Shown here one piece after another: positions 38,058-46,772 of a stretch of 52,880 nt of DNA. The first letter of the stretch is position 1, and each line of letters begins with the position of its first letter. The position numbers were made by a program, and so were the translations under genes. The notes beneath the pieces are model-generated. The model ran no database searches, was not told where the DNA came from, and worked only from the letters and a program-made list of their open reading frames with translations. Source of the stretch: Candidatus Pacearchaeota archaeon (GTDB lineage Archaea; Nanobdellota; Nanobdellia; Pacearchaeales; GW2011-AR1); NCBI GenBank assembly GCA_017609885.1, contig JAFCDB010000013.1:1-52880 (forward strand), given 5' to 3'.

Positions 38058-38468
38058 ATGGAATATGAACAATTATTAGAAGAAGCGTATGAGAAAATAA
38101 AACCAATTGAAGCAAATAAGGATTTTGATAGATGGGAAATTCCTCAGGCAGATATTTCAATCTCTGGAAATAAAACAACGATTCTGAATTTTGCGCAAAT
38201 CTGTTCTGCTCTTAGAAGAAAACAGGAGCACCTAAGCAAATTTCTCTCAAAAGAATTAGCGTCTTATTCAAAAATTGAAGGAGATAAACTTGTGATAAAT
38301 CGAAAACTTTCAAAGGAGATTATTAATGAGAAAATCCAGCTGTATATTGCCAAGTATGTGGTTTGCCTTGAGTGCAAAAAACCTGACACCGAGATTGTAA
38401 AAGAAGGCGGGTTTTTGTTTGTTCATTGCTTGGCGTGCGGAGCCAAGCATAGTTTAGGGCGAGTTTGA
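38058..38468 (+). CDS. eif2b: Translation initiation factor aIF-2 beta
   Basis: YEQLL..AY, GNKT.I.NF, YV.C.EC..PDT, C.ACGA. Confidence 0.95.
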   Translation: MEYEQLLEEAYEKIKPIEANKDFDRWEIPQADISISGNKTTILNFAQICSALRRKQEHLSKFLSKELASYSKIEGDKLVINRKLSKEIINEKIQLYIAKYVVCLECKKPDTEIVKEGGFLFVHCLACGAKHSLGRV

Positions 38469-38497
38469 ATTTTTGGCGAAATTTGTAGAATATGAAT

Positions 38498-39235
38498 TTA
38501 TCTAAACCTCTCCAGCGTTTTGACAGGATCTTGCGCATCTGCTAAATTAATTATTACTTTTTCAATATTTAAAACATCATCAGTCCCAATCCGCGGACAG
38601 GCAGTATTCACCCACGCCTCAACAAAATTAAAATTATCCAAATTAGAAAAATCAAAATCATTATCAATAAAAATAAAACACTTTTTACCCTCTTTCTCCA
38701 GTTTTTTCTTCAACTTCAACCCTCCATTAAAATGCTCCTGCCCAGATTTCAAAGAAACTAAAATACCAATTTTCCTCGCAGAAACAAACATTCGAAGATT
38801 CCTTTTCATCCTTTTAACCTGCGGTTCAATATCTTCCCTCCCCAAGATTTTAATTTTTCCATTTACAGGATTAAAACATAAAACCCTCTTAAAATTTTCA
38901 TGCCCAACTTGCGAAAGCAGGAGCGCCTTTGGATGAAAAAGCCCATCACCAACATAAATTATCAAATCACTTTCGAAAATATCTTTTCCAAAATTTTCTT
39001 TATAGCAATTACAGCCTAAAATTTGCGCATCTTTACAAGCATGTGAGGCCCTTGTTTTCAAAACTGCAATTTTTGATTCTTTAAGTTGTCTCTCAACACT
39101 TGCCAGATTTATAAATTGCAGAGAAGCAAACAACGCAATTTTTTTTATATTTTCCTTTTTCAAATAATCTAAAAGCTCTTCAGAAAATTTAATCTCTCCT
39201 TCATATTTTACATCTATAAAAATTGTTTTTGTCAT
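38498..39235 (-). CDS. dph2: Diphthamide biosynthesis Dph2, C-terminal two-domain part
   Basis: QILGC, YVGDG.FHP, GILVS.K.GQ, VNTACPRI. Confidence 0.88.
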   Translation of the reverse strand: MTKTIFIDVKYEGEIKFSEELLDYLKKENIKKIALFASLQFINLASVERQLKESKIAVLKTRASHACKDAQILGCNCYKENFGKDIFESDLIIYVGDGLFHPKALLLSQVGHENFKRVLCFNPVNGKIKILGREDIEPQVKRMKRNLRMFVSARKIGILVSLKSGQEHFNGGLKLKKKLEKEGKKCFIFIDNDFDFSNLDNFNFVEAWVNTACPRIGTDDVLNIEKVIINLADAQDPVKTLERFR

Positions 39236-39558
39236 TTTGATTTAGATAAATCCCTGCTTAGATAATTTAATAATATGCCATAATTTTCCTCTATATTTTC
39301 TCTCAACTCATCTCTTAACTCACCCATATGATAATCTTCACCAAAATTCAAAATATATCCCTCAATTTGTCCAAGCAATCTGGAAGAATCAATAAGCAAA
39401 CAAAGAAAATTTCTCTTATCTAATCTAAATAAAACATCTCTTCCATCTTCATCTTTAGCTATAGTTCCCTGTGCAAATTCTTCATAACTTTCAAGTTGCT
39501 TAAACTGTCTCATGATTTCTTCACTTGATATTAATCTTAAATTTCTATATTCCATCAT
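39232..39558 (-). CDS. Hypothetical protein between the dph2 halves
   Basis: 108-aa ORF overlapping both neighbours by 4 nt. Confidence 0.6.
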   Translation of the reverse strand: MMEYRNLRLISSEEIMRQFKQLESYEEFAQGTIAKDEDGRDVLFRLDKRNFLCLLIDSSRLLGQIEGYILNFGEDYHMGELRDELRENIEENYGILLNYLSRDLSKSK

Positions 39559-39821
39559 TTATCCCACCTTGCTGTCTTAATAAATTTATTATGTCCGAAT
39601 TGAACTACCAAATCAATTTTTAGTCCAAAAGTGGAAGGCAAATCGCAAGCTCCGAAACAACTCTCAAACCAAATTAAAACTTCTGCCTTTGTATTTTTTT
39701 CTAAATATTCCACTATTTTCTCTGCCTGCGGTTTCAAACCATCAGGTAACTGAATCAAAACAATTTTTGCTTTTTTGTCTTTTATTTCTCTTGCAATTTT
39801 CTCTAATTCTAAATTGTACAT
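39555..39821 (-). CDS. dph2: Diphthamide biosynthesis Dph2, N-terminal domain
   Basis: VLIQLPDGLK, CFGACD, VQFGH. Confidence 0.88.
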   Translation of the reverse strand: MYNLELEKIAREIKDKKAKIVLIQLPDGLKPQAEKIVEYLEKNTKAEVLIWFESCFGACDLPSTFGLKIDLVVQFGHNKFIKTARWDK

Positions 39822-39863
39822 AATTCAGGGTAAATATGAGGTTATTAAAATGTTTTGTTCTGT

Positions 39864-39977
39864 GGCTTTGGTGAAATCATAGGATATATAACATTTTTCT
39901 CAATTTAAAATCTACATTGCGAGACAAATCACGTCGAGCAATGCTGGGCGGGCGGGTAGGGAATTGAGAAAAATTCC
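39864..39977. mobile_element. MITE copy 2 (inverted; one TIR mostly deleted)
   Basis: GGCTTTGGTGAAA left end, same interior as copy 1 inverted; 8-bp TSD TGTTCTGT (39856-39863, 39978-39985). Confidence 0.9.
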
Positions 39978-40166
39978 TGTTCTGTTAAGTCCACTTCATA
40001 ACTTAACATAATTTTCTTTCGATAATTGGTTGTCATATCTGTTATCCTTGTGTAATTTTTGATATTTTTATGATTAATGAACAAAAAATAAGTGTAAGGA
40101 TGTTAAGTTAATGAGTTTACTTTACATGTTCACAAGATTTAAAAACTTGATATTAATTTACAAAAT

Positions 40167-40403
40167 ATGAAAACATCAAGAGAGATAAAATTTGACAAAA
40201 TTTTAGGGTCAAGGATTAGAGGAAAAAGAAAACAACTTGGATATTTGCAGAGAGAATTAGCTCTATCTTCAAAAATATCAAGACAAGCGGTTGTTTATAT
40301 TGAAAAAGGGAAGTCCAGCCCAACACTTTATCACCTTACTTTAATTGCAAAAAAATTAAGAGAACCAGTTGACTACTTCACAAGAAATATTGGAGAGAGA
40401 TAA
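40167..40403 (+). CDS. XRE-family HTH regulator
   Basis: LG.RIR..R..LG..Q.ELA....ISRQ....IEKG...P.L..L..IA..L. Confidence 0.9.
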   Translation: MKTSREIKFDKILGSRIRGKRKQLGYLQRELALSSKISRQAVVYIEKGKSSPTLYHLTLIAKKLREPVDYFTRNIGER

Positions 40404-40437
40404 AAACATTTAATTACTTATTTTAATTCTTATTGAA

Positions 40438-40893
40438 ATGAAACCATCACTATTAAACTCAGCGAAAAAGAAAAAAATAGTTCAGCTACTTGAAAAGTTT
40501 TATGGAATTTCAAAGTTGCCTTACCTCCTAATCCAAACAGGAAAACGAAAGTATAGAATTTATTCTGGGAGTTTGTCAAAAGAGGAGATAAACGAATTAG
40601 GAAAAAATCTACACATAGAATTAATAGGAACGAGATTCTGCAAAATTAACGACGAAAAATTAAGAATAAACTTTGATTCAGTAAATATTTCTGAAATAAA
40701 AAGTCAGGTTGAAAATGTTTTTGAGTTAGATGATGAACAGGCAAAAAAATGGATGAATGGAGAAAACATAGAAACAAATGTTGAAGGTGGAGAATTTTTA
40801 ATTATGAAATACAGTGAGGACTTTTTAGGAGTTGGACAAAATAGAAAAACTTTTATTCAGAATTATGTTCCGAAGGAACGGAGGGTGAAATGA
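40438..40893 (+). CDS. PUA-like RNA-binding protein (NOL1/NOP2/Fmu-associated type)
   Basis: EL....A..WM.GE.I, G.G......I.NYVPKERR. Confidence 0.7.
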   Translation: MKPSLLNSAKKKKIVQLLEKFYGISKLPYLLIQTGKRKYRIYSGSLSKEEINELGKNLHIELIGTRFCKINDEKLRINFDSVNISEIKSQVENVFELDDEQAKKWMNGENIETNVEGGEFLIMKYSEDFLGVGQNRKTFIQNYVPKERRVK

Positions 40894-41771
40894 ACCAAAC
40901 AGAACAAACAATAAAAGCAGGAGCAATTTCCAAACAAGTCAAAGATTACGCTAGAGAAATTATAAAAAAAGACGTGCCCTTGTTGGGAATTGCAGAAAAA
41001 ATCGAAGAAAAAATAATCAAACTCGGCGGCAAACCTGCCTTCCCAACAAACCTAAGCATAAACGAAAACACAGCCCACCACACCCCAATCTACAATGACG
41101 AAACAAAAGCAAGTGGCTTGCTAAAAGTAGATCTCGGAGTCCATATAAACGGTTTCATTGCAGACACAACATTTTCAATTGACTTAGAAAACATAGAAGA
41201 GAATAAAAAACTAATAGAAACAGCACAAGACTGCTTAAACCAAGCAATCCAAGCAGTAAAAGAAAACAAATCTCTAGGACAAATTGGAAAAGCAATCCAA
41301 GATACTGCAGAACAAAATAATTTTTCACCAATCCAAAATCTTTCAGGGCATGAAATTGCGCAATGGGAACTGCACGCAGGAATTACAATTCCAAACTATA
41401 ACAATAATAATGAGCAAACCCTCAAAGACGGGACATACGCAATCGAACCTTTTGTAACAGCAGGAGTTGGATCAGTTTACGAAGGAAAACCTTCAGGAAT
41501 CTATCAGATAATAAAACAAACAAATGTTCGTGATAGAAATGCCCGGGAAGTTTTGAATTATATTATTGAGGAATATAAAACTCTGCCTTTTTGTTCACGG
41601 TGGCTTGTAAAAAAATTCGGGACTCGGGCGTTAATTTCTTTGAAGTTAATTGAGCAGGCAGGTTGCCTTCACCAGTTTCCGCAGTTGATTGAAAAGAGTA
41701 AAAAACCTGTTGCGCAGTCAGAAGATACTTTGATTATTAGGGATGGGAAGATTGAGGTTACGACGGGTTAA
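40890..41771 (+). CDS. map: Methionine aminopeptidase type II
   Basis: AFP.NLS.N...AH.TP, KVDLGVH..G.IADT, NLSGH, LHAG, AIEPF, AQ.E.T. Confidence 0.96.
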   Translation: MNQTEQTIKAGAISKQVKDYAREIIKKDVPLLGIAEKIEEKIIKLGGKPAFPTNLSINENTAHHTPIYNDETKASGLLKVDLGVHINGFIADTTFSIDLENIEENKKLIETAQDCLNQAIQAVKENKSLGQIGKAIQDTAEQNNFSPIQNLSGHEIAQWELHAGITIPNYNNNNEQTLKDGTYAIEPFVTAGVGSVYEGKPSGIYQIIKQTNVRDRNAREVLNYIIEEYKTLPFCSRWLVKKFGTRALISLKLIEQAGCLHQFPQLIEKSKKPVAQSEDTLIIRDGKIEVTTG

Positions 41772-42009
41772 TTTTTAAATACAAAAAAATAAAACTCATA
41801 AAATAGGAAATAGATATTTCACTTTTGAATTTCTTTTAAAATATGGATTAGAAAACAGAGATTTGAGAGTTGATGAAAGGTTCGAACAATATGATGGAGA
41901 AGTAAAAGAAATGAATATTCAAACAGCAAAAGTATTTGCTGAAATTTTTGTCCTGGAAAAATTTAATGAAATTCGATAATTTAATAAAACCCCTTCTCTA
42001 TAATAAATC

Positions 42010-43344
42010 ATGACACTAAAATTTTACAATACTCTAACAAGAAAAAAGCAGGTTTTCAAACCACTAAAGTCCAAACAAGTAGGAATTTATTCTTGCGGTC
42101 CTACAGTTTACAACTACGCCCACATCGGAAACTTGCGAACATACATTTTCAACGATCTCTTAAAAAAAAGTCTGGAATTTTTAGGATATAAAGTAACGCA
42201 TGTAATGAATATTACAGATGTAGATGACAAAACAATCACAGCAAGCAAAAAACAAGGAGTTTCCTTAAAAAAATTCACGCGAGAATATGAAAAAATATTT
42301 TTCAACGATTTAAAATCTCTTAACATAAAAAAACCCACCCATATTCCTAGAGCAACAGAATCAATAAAGGACATGATAAAACTAATTCAAGTTCTCTTGA
42401 AAAAAGGATATGCTTACAAATCAGACGATGGAATTTACTTTTCAATTAAAAAATTCAAATCTTACGGAAAACTCGCAAAACTTCAAAAAATCAAAAAATC
42501 AAAATCGCGAATTGCCAATGATTCTTATGACAAAGAGAATGCAAAGGACTTTGCATTGTGGAAATTCCACACCCAAGAAGATGGTGACAATTTTTGGAAA
42601 GCTGGTTTTGGAAAAGGTCGGCCTGGCTGGCACATCGAATGCTCTGCAATGTCAATGAAAAAATTAGGAGAAACTTTTGACATTCACACAGGTGCAAGTG
42701 ATTTGATTTTTCCCCATCATACAAACGAAATTGCCCAGAGCCAAGCTGCAACAGGAAAACAATTTGTAAAATACTGGCTTCACGCAGGATTTCTAACAAT
42801 GAAACAAGGAAAAATGTCAAAATCCCTCGGAAATATTTTAAGATTAAAGGATCTTAGACAGAAAGGGTTTTCTGCTCTTGATTATAGATACCTTACACTA
42901 ACAACCCATTATAGAGAGCAACTGCGATTTTCATTAGAAAATTTAAACGCCTCAAAAATAGCACTTCAAAGATTAAAGAATATAATTTTAACAATCAAAA
43001 ATGATAAAAAAATAAATAATAAATACCTCGCTCAATTCACAGAAGCACTTAAAGATGATCTTAACACTCCAAAAGCACTTGCAATATTATGGAAGCTCGT
43101 CCGCGACCCAGATGCAGAAGGAAAATTAAAGGCAATAAAAAAAATAGACGAAATTTTCAGTCTTGATTTGTTGAAGAATGAAAAAACAAAAATCCCACAA
43201 AAAATCAAAAAATTAGTTGATGAAAGAGAGAGGGCAAGGAAAAACAAAGACTGGAAAACTGCTGATTCTATAAGGGAGAAAATTAATGAGTTTGGTTTTC
43301 AGGTTGATGATACTGGGAGGGGAGCAAAAATTTCTAAAAAATGA
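42010..43344 (+). CDS. cysS: Cysteinyl-tRNA synthetase
   Basis: CGPTVY..AHIGN, GRPGWHIECSAM, FPHH.NE.AQ, KMSKS. Confidence 0.97.
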   Translation: MTLKFYNTLTRKKQVFKPLKSKQVGIYSCGPTVYNYAHIGNLRTYIFNDLLKKSLEFLGYKVTHVMNITDVDDKTITASKKQGVSLKKFTREYEKIFFNDLKSLNIKKPTHIPRATESIKDMIKLIQVLLKKGYAYKSDDGIYFSIKKFKSYGKLAKLQKIKKSKSRIANDSYDKENAKDFALWKFHTQEDGDNFWKAGFGKGRPGWHIECSAMSMKKLGETFDIHTGASDLIFPHHTNEIAQSQAATGKQFVKYWLHAGFLTMKQGKMSKSLGNILRLKDLRQKGFSALDYRYLTLTTHYREQLRFSLENLNASKIALQRLKNIILTIKNDKKINNKYLAQFTEALKDDLNTPKALAILWKLVRDPDAEGKLKAIKKIDEIFSLDLLKNEKTKIPQKIKKLVDERERARKNKDWKTADSIREKINEFGFQVDDTGRGAKISKK

Positions 43345-43484
43345 CACGCAAATCATGTCCCAACAAACAAGAAAACTTAGAATCTTGCCCCTGCGACTGG
43401 CCTGGTTGCGAAAGAAAAGGAACATGTTGTGAATGCATTGCCCACCACAGAAAACACAACGAACTCCCTGCTTGTTTAAAATAA
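43341..43484 (+). CDS. 47-aa Cys/His-rich metal-binding microprotein (DUF6485-like)
   Basis: Read manually: MTRKSCPNKQENLESCPCDWPGCERKGTCCECIAHHRKHNELPACLK; ATGA overlap with the cysS stop. Confidence 0.8.
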   Translation: MTRKSCPNKQENLESCPCDWPGCERKGTCCECIAHHRKHNELPACLK

Positions 43485-43518
43485 AAACATTTAATAAATC
43501 ATTTCTGTTAAATTAAAT

Positions 43519-43812
43519 ATGAAAAAAGGGATGAATGTCTGGGATATAATAGCTTGGATAGTTTTAGCTTTAATATTACTATGGTTAATTCTTAAAACAT
43601 TAGGAATTATTAACACTCCAATGTTATTAACATACGCCCCATACTATGGAGCAGTATATGTTGCAGGATGGGCTATGGCTACATTAATTCGAGCAACCTA
43701 TGATATTAATAGGGTGGACAGAAATTTATCACACTTAAATAAGAATTTCCATGAATTAGATAAACAAATAAAAATGATTCAGTTAAATTACGCAAAAAAT
43801 TATTCAAAATGA
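43519..43812 (+). CDS. Small membrane protein (2 TM + coiled coil)
   Basis: 97 aa; overlaps the rbcL start. Confidence 0.65.
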   Translation: MKKGMNVWDIIAWIVLALILLWLILKTLGIINTPMLLTYAPYYGAVYVAGWAMATLIRATYDINRVDRNLSHLNKNFHELDKQIKMIQLNYAKNYSK

Positions 43813-45065
43813 AAAAACAAAAACTCGAATTCATAAACTTAAAATACAAACCACAAAATGATTTGATTTGCTTATTTAAAATTTCTCCAAACAAAATGTC
43901 AATGAAAAAAGCGGCAAACACAGTTGCCCTCGAATCAAGCACAGGAACATGGACAAAAGTCCCTGGAAAAGATTATGTTCACAAATTAAAAGCAAAAGTT
44001 TTTTCGATAAAAGGCAACTGGATAAAAATTGCTTATCCTTCAGAACTTTTTGAAGCAAAAAATATTCCAAACATCTTATCGTCAATTGCAGGAAACATCA
44101 TGGGAATGAAAGCAGTTAAATCAATCCGACTTGAAGATATTTCCTTTCCAAATTCAATTTTAAAAAAATACAAAGGTCCAAAATATGGAATTAAAGGAAT
44201 TAGAAAATTAACAAATGTTAAAACACGTCCTTGGATAGGAACAATAATAAAACCAAAACTTGGATTAAATTCAAAGCATTACGCGCAATCAGCATATGAA
44301 TCCTGGCTCGGTGGCTGCGATTTTGTTAAAGACGACGAAAACCTATCATCACAAAAATTTAACAAGTTTGAAAAAAGATTAAAACTGACTATTAAAGCAA
44401 AGAAAAAAGCAGAAAAACAAACGGGTGAGAAAAAATTTTATTTTGCTAATGTAACTGCTGAAACAAACGAAATGATTAAAAGAGCAAAGCTCGTGAAAAA
44501 ACTTGGTGGAAAATATATCATGGTTGATATTGTGACTTGTGGATGGGCAGCTGTTCAAACACTTAGACAAGAAAATCTCGGACTTGCGATTCACGCGCAT
44601 AGAGCAATGCACGCAGCTTTTGACAGGAATCCAAATCACGGAATAAGCATGATGGTAATTGCAGATTTTGCAAGATTAGCAGGAGTTGACCAAATTCACA
44701 TTGGAACAGGAATTGGAAAACTTGAAGGGAAAATAAAAAATATCAAACAACTAAAACAAGATATTGAAAATCAAAAAGTAAAAGCAACAGAAAAAAGATT
44801 GCAGCAGTATTGGGCAAAAATAAAACCAGTCCTCGGAGTTTCAAGCGGTGGCCTGCATCCCGGGCATGTTCCATTCTTAATAAAAAATTTAGGAAGGGAC
44901 TTAGTAATTCAAGCAGGTGGCGGAATCCACGGACATCCGCAGGGAACAATTGCAGGTGCAAAAGCAATGAGACAGGCAGTTGATGCCGTGATGAAAGGGA
45001 TAAGTTTGAAAAAGTATGCAGAGAAGAATGAAGAGTTGAAAGAAGCGTTGAGGGCATGGAATTAA
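43809..45065 (+). CDS. rbcL: RuBisCO, form III-type
   Basis: ESSTGTW, GTIIKPKLG, GG.DFVKDDE, HAHRAMH, loop-6 GKL, SGG, GGGIHGHP.G; catalytic residues intact. Confidence 0.95.
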   Translation: MKKQKLEFINLKYKPQNDLICLFKISPNKMSMKKAANTVALESSTGTWTKVPGKDYVHKLKAKVFSIKGNWIKIAYPSELFEAKNIPNILSSIAGNIMGMKAVKSIRLEDISFPNSILKKYKGPKYGIKGIRKLTNVKTRPWIGTIIKPKLGLNSKHYAQSAYESWLGGCDFVKDDENLSSQKFNKFEKRLKLTIKAKKKAEKQTGEKKFYFANVTAETNEMIKRAKLVKKLGGKYIMVDIVTCGWAAVQTLRQENLGLAIHAHRAMHAAFDRNPNHGISMMVIADFARLAGVDQIHIGTGIGKLEGKIKNIKQLKQDIENQKVKATEKRLQQYWAKIKPVLGVSSGGLHPGHVPFLIKNLGRDLVIQAGGGIHGHPQGTIAGAKAMRQAVDAVMKGISLKKYAEKNEELKEALRAWN

Positions 45066-45081
45066 TTTGCATAAAATTCCC

Positions 45082-45185
45082 AAGAAAACCAAATCTGCAA
45101 ATCATTATTGAATTTTTAGCATTAGCAAATTTTTCGCGAAGAGTCGTGCCACAAGGCTGATTCGGAAGCTCCCCTTTCCCATATC
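45082..45185 (+). repeat. Compact member of modular intergenic repeat family
   Basis: AAGAAAACCAAATCTGCAAATC identical to 9380-9401; CATTAGCA...CGCG.AGA and GATTCGGAAGC shared with 19128-19237. Confidence 0.75.
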
Positions 45186-45251
45186 CTAAAAAGTGTCGTA
45201 ACTCCAAAATGCTCAGAAAAACTTTATTAACTAAAAAAACATCAAAATTCC

Positions 45252-46772
45252 ATGCAAAATCAAGAAATTATTGAATCTCTTTCACCAATTGAACAAAAAA
45301 TCCTTCCATATCTTGAGGGAAAAAACATCCAAGAAATAATTGAAAAATCAATGCTAGACAGAGTGTCAGTATTAAGAGCCCTTGAATTTCTCAGCTCAAA
45401 AAAAATTATTATATTAAAAATTTCAAAGAAAAAAATCATAGAACCAGGAACAAATGGAATTTACTACAAAACAAAAGGTCTCCCAGAAAGACAATTAATA
45501 ATCCTCCTTGAAAAAGGAAACCTAAATTTAGAAGAAGCACAAAAACAATCTCATCTTTCAAAAAATGAATTTAAGGCAGCACTCGGAGCACTCAAAAAAA
45601 AGGCACAAATTGAAATAAAAAATGGAACGTTAATATTAACAGGTAACAAAGAAGAACTGACAAAAAAATCACTTGAAGAGCAATTCCTAGAGAAACTTCC
45701 TAAAGAACTTGATGCACTTGAACCAGAAGAACAATTTGCCCTAAAAAATCTGAAACAAAGAAAAGACATAATCCAAATTGAAGAACAGCAAATAATTAAT
45801 TTCAACTTAACTGAATTAGGAAAAGAAATTGTAAAACAAGATATTTCAAAATCAAAAGATTTAGTTGAGGCGTTGACTCCACAAATGATAAAATCAGGAA
45901 ATTGGAAAGGAAAAAAATTCAGACGTTATGATGTTATATCTCCTGTCCCTAAAATCAGCGGAGGAAAAAAACATTTTGTAAATCAAGCAATTGACTATGG
46001 GAGAAAAATCTGGAGCGAACTTGGATTCAAAGAAATGACAGGAACTTTAATCCAAAGTTCGTTTTGGAATTTTGATGCCTTATTCACAGCCCAGGACCAT
46101 CCAGTAAGAGAAATGCAAGACACATTTTTTCTAAATAAAGAAATCGCAATTTCAGATAAAAAATTAATTAAAGAAATAAAACAAGCGCATGAATCAGGAG
46201 TTGGTGGGAGCAGAGGATGGCAATATAATTGGGATGAAAAAATCTCAGAAAAAGCAGTTTTACGAACACACACAACCTGTCTTTCAGCTCAGACTTTATA
46301 CAATCTAAGCAAACTTCTAAGAGAACAAAGAAAAGGAAAATTCTTTGCATTAGGAAAAAACTTTAGAAATGAAACTGTTGATTGGAGTCATGGTTTTGAA
46401 TTTAACCAAACTGAAGGAATTGTCATTGATAAAAATGTGAATTTTCGGCATTTGCTTGGATATTTGCAGGAATTTTTCAAGAAAATGGGATTTGAAAAAG
46501 TGAGATTCCGCCCAGCATATTTTCCCTACACAGAACCAAGCGTGGAAATTGATGTCTTCGACCCAGAAAAAAAAATCTGGCTTGAATTAGGAGGCGCTGG
46601 AATTTTTAGGCCAGAAGTAACAATCCCTCTTCTTGGAGCTCAAATTCCAGTTCTTGCATGGGGTCCTGGTTTTGACAGAATTCTTATAGATCATTACAAA
46701 ATAAAAGATTTAAGAGAACTTTACAAAAACGATATTGATAAATTGAGGAAGATGAAGTTTTGGGTAAAATGA
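45252..46772 (+). CDS. pheS: Phenylalanyl-tRNA synthetase alpha subunit (archaeal type)
   Basis: FWNFDALF..QDHP.R..QDTF, LRTHTT, FRNE..D..H..EF.Q.EG, YFPYTEPS, GAG.FRPE. Confidence 0.97.
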   Translation: MQNQEIIESLSPIEQKILPYLEGKNIQEIIEKSMLDRVSVLRALEFLSSKKIIILKISKKKIIEPGTNGIYYKTKGLPERQLIILLEKGNLNLEEAQKQSHLSKNEFKAALGALKKKAQIEIKNGTLILTGNKEELTKKSLEEQFLEKLPKELDALEPEEQFALKNLKQRKDIIQIEEQQIINFNLTELGKEIVKQDISKSKDLVEALTPQMIKSGNWKGKKFRRYDVISPVPKISGGKKHFVNQAIDYGRKIWSELGFKEMTGTLIQSSFWNFDALFTAQDHPVREMQDTFFLNKEIAISDKKLIKEIKQAHESGVGGSRGWQYNWDEKISEKAVLRTHTTCLSAQTLYNLSKLLREQRKGKFFALGKNFRNETVDWSHGFEFNQTEGIVIDKNVNFRHLLGYLQEFFKKMGFEKVRFRPAYFPYTEPSVEIDVFDPEKKIWLELGGAGIFRPEVTIPLLGAQIPVLAWGPGFDRILIDHYKIKDLRELYKNDIDKLRKMKFWVK

